Shown here in pieces: positions 49,716-62,870 of a DNA stretch of 64,000 nucleotides (positions are counted from its first letter, which is position 1; the number at the start of each line of letters is the position of its first letter). The position numbers and the translations under genes were made by a program. Below the pieces are notes generated by a model. The model was not told the origin of the DNA. It saw only the letters and a list, made by a program, of their open reading frames with translations, and made no database searches. Source of the DNA: Eutreptiella sp. 'Long Island Sound 2002' (lineage: Eukaryota; Protista; Euglenida); contig OZ038379.1 of assembly GCA_964036045.1 (NCBI GenBank), positions 55,118,001 through 55,182,000 of the forward strand, given 5' to 3'.

Positions 49716-51199
49716 ACCTAATTTTCCGACTTCTTTGTACAATGCTTTGATGTGCGATTCTAAATGCTCACCCCTTGCCGAAGCATGCGGTTTTGTAGTA
49801 TAGCAAGCATCATGGGCACACCAACGCAAGGACAAATGGCTTCTCTAGCACAGACGTGGATTCACCAGCCCCCCTCCCTTAATTTTGAAACATACCCCTC
49901 GTTTTGACCATGCTAATGGCCCTAGATCAGTTTTGGACACCTCCGCCTTTTGGTATGTTTGAAATGCCCCGAGATTGTACCCATGCCCACTCCCAACTGC
50001 CCACTCCTGACTGCTACCACAGGGTGCAGGGTGCTTGAGGCCAAGCGCTGCCGGCCGACATTGGTGCACCGGGGGGGGGCCGGTGTACTGTCACTGCCCA
50101 CCATTTGGAGGGGTCTTGTGCTCTGTCAAGGTCCTCCGAGGCACCGCAAGGGGGCCTGCGGTGCTGTCACTGCCCATCAGTTGCTAGTTGCGGCTTGGCC
50201 TAGGACGGTGAAGCAATCACGGTCATGGGCCCTCAGTTTGGGCTTCATGGTCTGTGTCCCCGGGATGCGGCCCCCGGAATGCTTCCTCTCCATCCATCCA
50301 TCCATCATCTCTCCCAGAACCCCCCCCCCCCCCCAAGCCCCCACCCCCTCCCCCAGGGGGCCTTCGGCCAACGTTTAGTTTGGGGGGGGTCAGTTGGCGT
50401 CCCGATCCGAGCATTCGACCCCCCCCATGCTCAACGCTAGCATGTGGAATAAGATGTTGCGTAAGATATAGAAAGGCAAATCGGTCCCATGAAAGGACTT
50501 TGTTGCTTTCTTGTCAACCCCACGGTTCGCTGCAAAGCGCTACACCTGCCCAACGTACGGTATGTATGCCATGTGTGAAGGCGTCCTTTTTGTGGCATAT
50601 TGTGAAAGTTCCACGTTTCAAGGTGCCCACCCCGCACTCCTAAGAGTCGATTGCCCAATGGCCCTTCAAGTTGGGTGGAGCGCTTGGTCATCGCTCGGGC
50701 GGAACCACAAAAATTGTCTTCCTCAAAAAAGGCCCACAAGAAGGGAGTGAAACAACAAGGTCCACGATCCAATGAGGATGGTGCAAGGTTGGATGCATCC
50801 GAGGATGCTGTGGCAATGCCCTCCGACGGTGATTCTGCCCCGCATAGGAAGAGGCGGCACCAGTTGAACCTTTTCCGCCCCCCTTGGGTTTGTGGGTTGT
50901 GAGACAGGAAGGTGTGATTGTTGTTTATGCACTGTGAAGAGTGTGGTTTTTGTTGACCGCGGTTGAGTGTCCGATGTGTGGCCAAGTCCTTGCCCATGAG
51001 GATGTGTGGGTTTTTAAGAATTGAAAAATGGAGGTTAATGTGGATTCCCTTCTGGAAGCCATCTTGCCCACCGGTCTTGTTGACGACTAGGAGGACATGA
51101 CAAGACGAGGCTATTGTACTAGCCGGTTGGCTTAGTGCCCTTTCAAATGAGGAGCCTTCCTTATTTGATGAGGATGAGCCCCTTCTCCCCGCCCAAAGT

Positions 51200-51790
51200 A
51201 GCTGATCCTTTGGATGTCAGCACTCTTGAGGAAGATATTGCTATCCCTATCATTGTAGCACCGAAGGTTACCTCTAGGTTGCCTTTGGATGAGACCAAAC
51301 CTCTTGTGGTGGGAGATTTGTTGAGTGACAAGGGTATTACTGCATGGCTTACCGACAAGTTGTATCATAATGAAGTCAGTGAGCCATGGCCATGGACCAT
51401 AGCTGTGACATACATTGTGTCCCGCCTACAAAGAATGAAGAAGTATGAAACGACTCGGGCAACCCTTGGTAGTTTGGTGCGGCGGCACATATTTTTTGAT
51501 AATCGTGATTTTCGTGATCGGCTCCACTGGTTTGTTTGTGCCATGGATTACTCAATGCCGGGTTGGGCCTTCAGAGTGTGGAATTGGGAGCCAGTCTAGT
51601 ATTTCCTTTATTCCGCCAATGTCGAAATGCTCCCAACAAAAAGGCATTTCGACACGTGCTCGGGCTTTGGGTTTTTAGAAGGATGGTTTGTCATGTGGGT
51701 ATCAATCCTTGCATCTTTGTGATGAGGTAGATGGCCATCAGGGAAGCTTGGAGGGCATTGATGTTATCCTGATGCGTTTGCGAAAACAAT
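51200..51790 (+). pseudogene. Ulp1/C48-like cysteine protease remnant
   Basis: GDLLSDKGITAWL, LHWFVCAMD, VWNWEP, then GF*KDGLSCGYQSL (QxDGxSCG-like) in His-acid-Cys order. Confidence 0.7.
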
Positions 51791-52642
51791 TCATCCGAGC
51801 ATTGCACATCATAAATGTGGATCACTCTGTCCAACTCCTAGGCACCATCCCAAGAAATGGATGGGAGGAGAAATTGACTCGCCGGAAGCTAGAGAATCTC
51901 CTCCTGTGCTAGCCTTCAACTCCGAGTCCCAGCCCCCATCTAGTTCAACCCTCCTTTTCGAAGAAGAGGATCCTCTTTCACAGCCCAAGGACAACATTGT
52001 TGCCACCCCCTCCTTGTAGCCGGAAGCTAGACAATCTCCTTCCTCGCCACCCTCCAACTCCGAGGGCCCGCCCCCACATGGGTGGTCGGTGAAGGGCAAT
52101 GTTGACACCCTCCCCCAAAACCAACCCCGCACTCCTCTCCCTCTTCTCACCCCACCACACATGCTGACACCTGTCTGTACGTGTCCATACGTGGGCGATT
52201 CTAGGTCGCCGTGGGGTATCCAAAGGGCGCAAAGAGATGGTTGGTGACGGACCAAATGTTTTTTGATGACCTGACCAAGGATATTAAGTAGAATATTCGT
52301 CAAGCTTGTGCGCGGAACACCAAACGCGTGCAAAGCCTCAGTCAATACACTCAAACTCTGATTTGTTCTACGAACGTGCGTTCACTAACTTCTTGTGGTT
52401 GGTGCATGTTTTGTAGCACATTCTCCTCTTTTCTATTGTCTCCTTTTCTCTGCACTCCTCTCTCCAACATCATTCATTTCTTTCCGCCATCTTTGGGCGA
52501 TGAGTAAACAGACCACCCTTTACGCCACGGCTCCATTGCTTTACCCATGCCAGAGGTACCCAAAATATCCGCGGGGGCTATATGCTTCACCTCTTCCGGT
52601 AGCCATGGCAGTTGTTGGGTGGTTCTTGTGGTTTTTCTTGTT

Positions 52643-52644
<2 letters not shown>

Positions 52645-52698
<54 letters not shown>
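52645..52698 (+). repeat. (TC)27 microsatellite
   Basis: Direct reading. Confidence 0.97.
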
Positions 52699-52706
<8 letters not shown>

Positions 52707-54619
52707 CTTTCCAAAAAATGTTTTTTTCCGTATCCAACCTACAGCCCCCCTCCCCAATAAAAAGTGCACGTGACTTACGCCTAAAAAAAGTTTTAGTCAA
52801 AAAATGACACGATTTACGCCAAAAAGAAAGTGCACACAACCTACAACAAAAAATTACGCGACCTACGCTTTTGTGCTTTTGTACGCAATTGACCTACGCT
52901 TTCCTCCCCCTGTGCACTCTGCATTGTGACACCCGCAGTCACTCTGCACTGTGGCCGTGCAGTTTGCAGTGTGACCCCTGTGCACTCTGCACTGTGACCG
53001 CTGTCCACTCTGCCCTGTGAGCCCTGTGTTTTGCGAACTTTGGCCCCCATTCGCTCTGCACCATGACCTCCATGCACTGTATACTGTGGCTCCTTCATGT
53101 CTTTTGAATTTTTGGTTGCGTTGGGATCGATTGGTGCTTTTATGCCTGCAAACGCCTTGGGCCACCTCGGGCCACCTGCGTGTGCTGCGACGCTGTATTG
53201 GTGATGGCATCCAGATCCCTTTTCTTGCTTTGTTTGGCCTCATCCTCTGACCATACTGATTCTGTAAATGGATTGTCCCTCCCCTCTGCCCACAACAGTC
53301 CGTCCCACAGCGTGGTGCCCGGTGGCAGCCAGCAAGAGTTTGACGAATGGGAGATTCCACCAACCCACTTTGCGGCAGGAGTTATTGCTGATACAGACCA
53401 TCAGTCTCCTGTGCCCCTGGTGCTGCTGGAGGACATCCCCCCCCCCAGTTTTTCCTCCCTCTGAGTCCTCCAGCTTGGAACCGCAGATGGACCAAGGGTC
53501 AGTCAGGCACTGCTGGACAGTGCCAGGGCTGGCATGCAGGGACGGCCCCCCTTCCCCCTTTGACAGCTTTCGCCGTTGCAACACCACACGATGGTGTACA
53601 GCATGCAGCCCAAAGGGCAATGCAGAGCAGGACAGGCCATGGCCAAGCAACCTCTGAACAGACCACAAGTGAGCCAGCAGCGGAGCCTCTAGCTCTGTCA
53701 GCGTAGGAGGTGCCTGGCCAACGCAACCCATCAAGGGACCCAGCACCACCAAACCCAAGGTGTATGCTCCATAAAATGCTTTTCTTCCTTTTCTTGCTTT
53801 GTAGAATGACCGTCCGTCAGTGGAGTGATTGCAGTACCGCTCTTGATGTGCAGCTCCGTGGAAGCGTATCCTTGCCGTATGCTCTGCGCACGTGCGTTTG
53901 GGTAGGTTGTCTGGGTGGGCTGTACGCTTGTGCATCAGATGGCCCCAGCACAATTCCGGTCTTGTTGTTTTCTGTTTGCACCGTACTTTTCAGGGAAGTG
54001 CTCTGGGCTGCCCTAGGAGCTGCCATCCTTCTCTCTGCATTTCTACGGCAATTCTGTCATTCGTCCCAGTGGCGCCATCTTGAAAGGGGCTCCCGTACCC
54101 CACAAAAGTTACAGAAAAGGGTGACAACAAAGCCCAGCCGGACGCAGCGCGAGGAGCCCCCCATACTCAGCACTCAGCTGGTTTTTGACCATTTGGCATG
54201 TGGAAGTTGCTTCTCTCCTCGTTTCTGCCGGTTCACAGTCTACCCCCACTCCCCACTTAGTGGCCAAATGGGGTGACAAACACATTCAGGGTGGATTGCC
54301 AGTGGTTTTTGACCATTGTGGGTTGTCACAATATCAGAAAGCTCGATTTTGCAAGGTTTGAATTTGCCGTGGATGCTGAGCAGTTGGTGCACCACCCCTT
54401 GCCTGCAGACTTCCAGTCCCCCACCTAGTTGCCAAATGGGTTGGGAACGGCATAAAGAGGGTGTAAAACATATTTACAAGTTGTTTTTGGAGTGTTCAAA
54501 TTTTTCAGCTGTTGAGGATGAAAAAAACTTAAACAGTTTGTGCACCACGTCTTGCCCACGGATTTGCCCCTCCCATCCACCAAGCGACCCAATGTGGTGA
54601 AAAAGTCGCAAAGTGTACT

Positions 54620-56000
54620 CAGAAAAGCCCACTGCCCAGTGCCCCCTGCAGCAGTGTACTAATGGAGGGCCATCACCTACCACCCCCTTGCAGTGTGGCG
54701 GTGTGCTGAACGAGGCCAACCGCCAGCTGCCCCATGCCATGCGGTGGTGTACTGTAGGATACCCATTGCCCACTACTTCGCCGCAGTGTGGTAATAGGGT
54801 AGCTACTACCTGCCTCTCCCTACAATGCGGTAGTGGAGTGACCGAGCCCCATTGCTTGTTGCCCCTTAAAGTGCTGCAATGTGCTGAAGGAGAACCACTG
54901 CCCCGTGAGTGCGGCAGTGTAGTGAAGGAGACGCATGGCCCATTGCCGCCTACAATGTGGAAGTCTATTGAAGCAAACCCACTGCCCACTAGTGTGCAAC
55001 AGTGTACCGCATGATGCCCACTGCATACTGCCCCCTACATTGCGGCAGTGTGCGAAAGGGAACCCACTTTCCACTGCCCCCTATAGTGCGGTGCTGTACT
55101 TGAGCACTTCAGAGAACCACAGCCCAATGCCCCTTGTGGTGCATTGTACCGAATTAAACCCACTACCCCCTGCCCCGTGCCCCCTGTAATGCAGTGTTGT
55201 TTTGAAGCAGGCTCACTACTCACCACCCCCCGCAATCTTGCGGTGCATTCCAAGAGACCCACTGCCCACTAGCCCGCGCAGTGCGCTGGTGTATAGAGGG
55301 GGTGGTACACCAAATGCTTTGGCAGTTTGAATGACAACACAAGAAAACTTTGATCATCGCAAAACCGATTTTTTACATATTGTGGCCACCCAGAATGATC
55401 GGCAAACATTTGTAAAGCATGTTTTACACCCTTTTCATGTGCTTTTGACCCCATTTGGCTTTTATATGTGAGGGCTCGCAGTCCGTGGGCAAGGGGTGAT
55501 GCAATTTTAGCGGGCTTTAGCCTCAATAGCTGACAATTCATAGATCCCCAAATAAACCTCGTTCATTTCTTATACGGTAACCACCCACTGTGATAAAAAA
55601 ATATTTCGAATGCATTTTGCACACGATGAGTTTTTATCAGTGCCGTGCCCCACGGGGCAACGGGCATTGGCGCTACCATAGTCTTTTGCCACACTATAGG
55701 GGTCTAAAAGCAGTGGGGTCACATCACGGCACTGTAGCACTGCAGGGCGCAATGGACACTTGGGCTCCTCACAAGCACTCCCGCACTACAAGGGACGATG
55801 TTCATTGGGCCACCTTCTGTACACCGCCCCACTACCAGGTTTAGGGGGCAATGGGTCTCCTTGAAGGACCCCCCCACTGAAGGGGGCGGTGGGCAATGGA
55901 GCTCCCTCAATTCAGCGCCGCACTACAAGGGTAGTGGGCAGTGGGTATCATATCATTGTGGTGCCGTATCGCAACAAGCAGTGGGCAATGCCAATTGTTG
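54620..56000. repeat. CCCACTGCCC..CAGTG array (54620-55290) facing an inverted GGGCA(A/G)TGGG array (55620-56000)
   Basis: Recurrent cccactgccc / cccattgccc then gggcaatggg / gggcagtggg. Confidence 0.7.
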
Positions 56001-59000
56001 AGTGCAATAAAGCACCGTATGAGGATATGGGGCTTGGAGCCTTCGGTCTTCTATGCCCTGGCGATGGCGATATGCGAGTGGGCCCTTGGAGGCCCGTGCC
56101 TCGTGGGGGGCATGGGGGGGGTGTCCCTCCATGGCGTTGTGCGCACTGTGCACATGAAACTGGACTTGGCCAGGGTCTAGCGTTGGATAGTGGGTTTCCT
56201 AGTCACCAACCTCGCCAAGTTTTTTGACATCATGTCCCCAAATGTCGACCCGATTGTGGGAGCCCGCGCGGGCCATAGTGACGAAGACCACCTGACCACC
56301 CACATTGAGGGCTTCTTGTATACCCTACCTCTAGCCCCTTGGCTATCGAATTCTCTGGCGCAGCTCTTGGCTATCCCCCAAGGGATGATCTAGGGGATCC
56401 ATGCCGGTGCCACGGCAGCCCTCCCCTTTTCAGGTTCATGGACATCGCCTACCATGCTTTCACGGTAATGCCCTTTCACTTCCCGGAGCTTATGTGGGTG
56501 CCGGACACTATCGTCATCTTGGAGCGCGGTGATACCCGCTCCATCCACAGGGTTTTGCTGGACCAGGGGACATGGTGCCAGGGTATGCAGTGTGTGGACG
56601 TCCTGGACTACAAAATCAAGCATGGGTCTGTGGCGGACTCCCAACCGCTCCGCTCGCCCACACCAGGGGCTGTGGCTCCACATGTAGGCCGCACGTGGGT
56701 GACGGACAGCTTGGAGGAACGAGAGGAGATGCTAGCTCGTGCCCCGAGTTCCCGCCCACCCAGGTCCTCAAGTACATGGGGATTGGCATCTACCTTCTGG
56801 CGCGCCCACGGGCCCCCGTAACCTTTCCGGGGTACGGGCAATAATTTGAGGGGAGCTACGTCCCTAGCGGCTGTCACCAGACACACCCGTAATGGTTCTC
56901 ATGGCAAAGCTCCCGAGCAACCTGCTCCCTTGGGCCAGTGTCTATTGCCCCGCGGCCAAAGTACATGCGGTCGATGAAGCCCTTATGGTCCGGGGACACA
57001 AGCACATCAAGGGCACCTCCTGCCATGCCCACGCGGATGACCTCTGGGGAACCCCGGAGCACGGCTGCCAGGGCCTCACCTAGTCCGCCCAGTCTTGGCA
57101 AATTGCTGTGCTCCGGGAGTGGGTCCGGCAGGGTGCTTGGGCAAAGGAAGCGTTCTGCACGTCCCAGACCTACACTCTTCGGACTGACCAGGCACTTCGG
57201 GGGGGGGGGGGGGGGCTGCCCGGCGGTGGTTACTCCAGTGCACTACGCCCACAATGTGCGATGCCCCCATCACATCCAGACGTTGCAGCGGGTAGTGGAT
57301 GAGGTGTCTTTGCCAATGTGGCTGCCAGGCCAGTGCACAGGCACCAGCCCCGTGACTGGTGCAGGGCCCAAGCCGCCCAAGGGCGGGGCCGGCGGCCCCT
57401 ACTCCTCAGGTCAAAGTGTACCCCGTCCCGTATGGGACGTCACGCAAGTGGTCAAGGTCTATGAGACGGTGCACACTTCAGGGTACCACCATCTAGGGAA
57501 AGCGTACACCCCTGATCACAACATCGTTGAGGAGCGGGCCGTGAAGGAGAGGGCACCGACCCGCAAACGAATCCTGGGGTTGCGCACATGGCTCACACGC
57601 CATAGCGCCGTCTAAATGCCCCTTTTCCGGGCTCCCATGCCGAGGTGGCAGGCCGCTCCCAAGGACTGGATCCCGGGCGATGTGGCTACGTACTCAATGG
57701 AGGCGGTTGTCGGGGGACGGGGAGCCAAAACCACCAAGGCGGAGACTGTATACCACAGGGGGTATGTTGTGAAGGTCTCTATCGCCATGAAGGCGACCAT
57801 CGAGGCCGAGCATTGGGCAGCGGAACTCCGGGTGTATTGTCAGCCCAATGATGCGATGCTCAACGACACTTGGTTGTATCGCCTCCTGATGGCCCTCCGT
57901 GGAATGCAGGCGCAGGTGAATGCCGCTACACTCCTAGCCGTGGGAAGACCACCAGCACGTGTCCGTAGAACACCTCCAAGACACATGGTTTTACCTAGCA
58001 TCAGGTAGTTGTTTGGGCCGGCGGCAGAAGCCTAATTGTAGTGGGAGCAAACATCGCACGCCCCCCGGGTCACAGCTTCTACTCTCTAGTTGCCGTGGCC
58101 GTTGACTGCCGGGGCGCCAGAAGCAGTGGCCAAATTCAACTACCCTGCCGTATGCGTGAAACATTGGTGCCCAAGGCACCCCAACAAAGGTGCCCTATAC
58201 TACTCACTCCACACAGTGGGCACACTACTGGTTGAACTCCAGCCGTCCCTGAAGACGCATCTCCGAGACCGCCACGGGGACCTTGCGTGACTTGCAGTGC
58301 ATGGCCTGGCTACCGACCTCCCCCCCTGTTGTGGCTACCAAATCAAAACCGGGGATTGGGTTCCATGACCTGCCAGCGCTGGGAACCCCATCGTTGTAGT
58401 AGATGTTGGGGCCACGCCGGCGGGCACGGCTCCAGCAGGAGTCGCCTAGTGTGGGGCTGGAGCGTGCAAAGCCCATCTGGCTTGCAAGGTGGGCACCTCC
58501 CAGGAAGGGGGGGGGCATGATCCTCCTATCACACGTCAGGCGACTGGCATTGCAGTCAGGGGTGTACAGGGTTGTTCTAGACTCCCAAGCGGTAGTGGTG
58601 GCCCTCCGCACGTAATACGACGGAGGCCACTGTGGGGATGGCATACACCATTTGTGTGCCATGGTCCCGAGGGCTAACGTTTGGTCCCCACATCAGCGCT
58701 ACAGGTGATTACCAATCCGTCACATTGTATCACGAACGTTAATGTCTTAGGGGATGCAGCGGCGCATGATCCGCCTGAGGTGGACCTTCCTTGGCTCTTC
58801 TGCCGCCCCTTCTCTTCCCCCCCTCCCTGTGGCCTACCGAGACTAGTGCCAGCCCTCCCTCATGGCACTGCGTCGTTGGTTGCAGTAGTAGGCCTCCAAT
58901 ATGGCACAGGTCGAATATGAGGCTTGTCTGGGGGCCAACTACACGTCGGGAGGTAGCATCTCCCTTGAGTGGTTCAGCGGAGACCAGCGGCGCGGCATCG

Positions 59001-59220
59001 CCGCGCCGAATGGACAACATCCCGTCCATGAGTGTCATGGCACACCGGTCGTCGCACCGTGACACGGTACTAGACATTACATGCCTCTTGTGTGGAATCC
59101 AATATGAGACGGCGTGCCACCTCCGGGTGTGCTCGGCCCAGCCCCATGAATGGCGGCCTGCCCGACAGCTGCGGCCCGCGGCACGGCTCAACCAGTGTGT
59201 GGGCTGAAGGGCTGTGTCTC
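56000..59220 (+). mobile_element. Second non-LTR retrotransposon remnant (RT-RNase H-CCHC), 5'-truncated
   Basis: FLVTNLAKFFDIM, LLAIPQG, LMWVPDTIV (YxDD position), VLKYMGI, VVDVGAT, PSHCITNVNVLGDAAA, CLLCGIQYETACHLRVC. Confidence 0.78.
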
Positions 59221-59799
59221 TACGCAAGTAGCGATTGGAGCCGGCTATTTTGGAGCAGCGGGCCGCTATAGCATACACCCTCTCCATGCAGCAGCCCCAC
59301 ATGGATTGCCCCGGGCCCCATAAATTGGGGACATAGTTCGTGCGCCACGTCATCAAGGACTCCATTAGGGTGTGGTACGCCCCCGCCAAGGCGCGCGCCA
59401 CGGTACTGAAGGCCCGGCTCGGTATGAACAAGAAGATTGCACGGGTCTCGCAAGAGCCCTGCCTGCACCAATAGGCAGAGCGGGAGGGTGTACCACGGGA
59501 GCTGCTCGGCTAACTGCAATAGCTTGGTGGAAAGCCTCCACGTACTCCTATTCCCGCTTTCCGCCGTGGTGAACACACTTGCACACAGCACGCACGCGAC
59601 ACATAGCCCTCCTATCAAGGCCCATCGCCTTTGTTGGTTTCGAGACATGCTAATGGTTTGGGCTAACCCCCCGGTTTTTCCCACATCCCCAAAATTATTG
59701 AAAAATGACATGGGCGAAACCCCCACCTTTTTTTTAGCTAGGAACACGGTGACACATGGTAAAAGTGGGAAAACTTGGAATATTGGTTGTCTTTGTATG

Positions 59800-61181
59800 T
59801 GATCTCAGCCCAATGAAGCACAATGAATTGCACTTTTTTCTCGTTGGAGACATATGTTGCCGAGCTATTGGATGAAGGTACAATGTGGACTCCTTGGACA
59901 TTTCTGGGGCCGTCATCGCTCTAGTTGGCTGCTGGTGCCGCTTTTGGGACCCTCCCCACCACCTAGTTTGGTCTGCTCCGGGGACTTTGTGTTGGTAGTG
60001 TTGCTGCAAGCCTTTGGTGTGTTGCACATGACACAACCGGCATTCCAGTCCAGACCATTGGAAGGGTTTTGAAGTTGAAAGACCTTGAAACCACGCAACA
60101 AGAAGTACAATGGTGCAATACCATGCAAGCCATTACGACGGAAATGACAGCTACGCATGATGAGGGCACCTATGTTGTACATGTCTTGCAATACGGTGAT
60201 CACTACGTTGCGTTTGGTCGTCACCATGGGAATATGTTGTACATTGATGTGCATGGGTCCAAGCGTGTTCCGCAGCCCGGACTTTTTTATGTGCTCTTTG
60301 CATGTTCTGGGGATGTGGTTGACCATGGCATTAAGGTGACCGCAAAGGAACATTCAGCCTATTGTCGTCGCGGGCATGAAAGTTGTCCGAAGAGTGCCGT
60401 CATACTTCATATATGCAAGTTCCGGACAGCCGTTACTATCATGGACATTGGCAAGACCATTTTGCGAGATGTCACTACACACCAACTTTGGGCAGCCGTC
60501 AACGAGATGTTTCATTTGCGACCACCCAGGCCCGTCCTTCGGAGTCACGACGATGTAGACGCCTTGTTGGCAACCATCCTAGTTGGGGCCATGGACACGA
60601 ATTGGGTGGACATCATGAATGAACGCCATGCTACCAGGGCACAAGCCGCCAAACGGGCCGTCTATGATTGTGTACGTGGACACCCATTGCGTGTGCCAGG
60701 TGTGCCCGGCAATCGTTGGGTCAAGGCCCACTATGAGCAAAGACCTGCCCACAAGGGATACATTTGCACCGCCTAGAAATGGGTGGAGAGCCGTGGGCGC
60801 AAGAAGACGACTACGGCTACAAAGGCAGGCGGCACCATGGCCAAATCCATCACAGTCTACCGCAACCCCCCCAACAAGACCGCGGCAATCATTGATGCCA
60901 GACTACAAGTTGCGTCTGACGGTATGCCGCAACCCTCTTTCGAGATTGCAAAAGGTGATTCTGATTCATTTGGCGACAATTCTTCTTCATCAGGGTCAGG
61001 TGATTCGTCGTCAACCTCCGTTGGCCTACCCGTTGTGGGAAGAGGATGCACGAAGAAGTATACCAAGACTACCTGCCGCGTCCCTAGTATTGAGCAACCC
61101 GTGGCTAAAACAAGGCCTTCGGCAATAAAGCGGACAACGTCTCAGCCTGTGGCAGCAAGTGCCAAACGGGCAAGGCACTAG
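59800..61181 (+). pseudogene. Long single-frame ORF remnant with possible papain-like Cys-His-Asp triad
   Basis: AQ*STMNCTFFSL (Cys 59829), GDHYVAF, MLYIDV; frame kept to 61181 with about 4 in-frame stops. Confidence 0.4.
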
Positions 61182-62568
61182 TGTTGATGAGTGCCAGTGG
61201 GTGGTGAGGGCCATTACCCTGTAGTTGCTCAGTTTATGGCCTCCCCTGCCTGGTGAAACCGAATGTGTGCCTAACTACTTCGCTCTTCTTCCCTTTGCAA
61301 GAACGGTCAGTGTGGGGTTATGGGGCCATGCTCAGGCCTTGGAGGATCAACTGCTTTTGGGGGCCACAAAGGTTGTACATGAAGCACACTGGAAATGGTC
61401 GGTGTGGGGGTATTTGGCCATGCCTAGCTCTATGAGGATGTGCCATTGCACTTCTTGAGCAACTATAAGCGGGGTGGCCAATGCATGCAGTCTGTTTGGG
61501 GCCCGGCCCCCCGCCTGGCAGGGGTTGTGGGGCGGCTTTAGGCACCGGCTGTGTAGGTTGGTGAGGGCTTAGAGTGGAGGAGCCTGCTTCCTAAATGCTT
61601 ACCCCTTATGCCACCACGTCGTTGCCCGTGGTATGCTGCTATGAACATTTTGGTGGAATCATTTTCGTCTGATTTTTTGGTGAGAAATTGTGGCCCTGCG
61701 TGCATCATCTGGTACAATAAGGAACCCCCCCCCCCTCTTTATTTCCAAGGCCCAACATTTAGCGGTCATTGTTTAAATGAGCTCCCCCTTTTCTTGGGCC
61801 CCCAAAAGTAGGCAAACCATCAGCGTGTCCGAAATTACCGATATCGGTGGGCCTTCTGTCCCATTTACTTGTACCCCTAGATATACATCGTGGCCTTTGC
61901 CTTTTGGCAGCATTGCGTTCGGCACACCACACCACATCACACCACACCCCGAGTACTCCCCAACTCTACCCATGGGTGGCTAGGTCCCGGGCGCGAAGCG
62001 CCGCATGATAGTGCCTGGGGCATCACCCTCTTGGAGGTGTACTCACAGTATCGGGTGTGCGCATGCCCTAGTGCCAAACGCGAACGGCGGGGAGCCCGTG
62101 GCCCCCAAATCTGGGCCCCCCAGGCATCAGGAATGGGCAGCGACGCTAGCAAGGAGAGTTGGTAAAACCTCCCCTCCACTGAGCCACACCCGCCGGCCCC
62201 ACACACAGGGCCCCCCTCACTGCGCACTGGCACGCGCCTCCTCACCCCCTGCACTTGTGCTGTTGTGCCCCTCGCACTGCCCCTCCCTTTCCACCCCCCT
62301 CCGATGCCCGCCCACACCCACTGCCCCATGGGTGCAACGCCCGGCGACGTGCACGCTCCCCCGTGGTGGGGCTTTATGAACGAAGTCGTGGCCACGCCTG
62401 CGCGATGGTAGCAGTGCCGGGGGCCGAGGCGAAGCGGGTCATGGGGAGGGCGCGGGGACATGCGGGGACATGAGGGAGTAGTGGGGCGGCCTTGTAGGAC
62501 CCGTGCCCACCCCCCCTCCCCTGTGCGCCTCAACTTGTGGGTGGTGCTCCATGCTAGGTGGAACTGCG

Positions 62569-62870
62569 GAGATATGTACAAGGGTCTGTACGCTTGAACA
62601 CATCACCGCAGCACTTGTACAGGCGGTTTTACCCCATGTCGTGATATGTACAATGATCTACACACTTGTACGTTTCATTGCAGCAGTTGTATAGTGCAGT
62701 ACACCCCTTGCAGTGATATGTGCAATGCTCTACACCCTTGTAAGCATCAATGCAACGGGTCTCTTCCCCTGTACAAGTGCTAAGGTGATATGTGCAAGGG
62801 TGTAGAGTTTCGTGCATATCACCAAAGGGGGTCTATTGCCCTGTACACGTGTTGTGGTGATATGATGGAT
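62569..62870. repeat. 72-bp period minisatellite with internal dyad
   Basis: G(T/A)GATATG at 62569, 62641, 62713, 62785 and 62857; inverted ca(t/c)atcac at 62599 and 62815. Confidence 0.85.

Noticed and set aside
48300-49750. Cys/Ala-rich ORFs in several frames
   Set aside because: They are translations of the GCATG/GTGGCAG satellite on both strands.
52395-52839. ORFs with SLSLSL or ERERER runs
   Set aside because: Produced by the (TC)27 microsatellite.
62569-62870. CRISPR-like array
   Set aside because: The constant part is only 8 nt, the intervening parts resemble each other, the context is eukaryotic and no cas genes are present.
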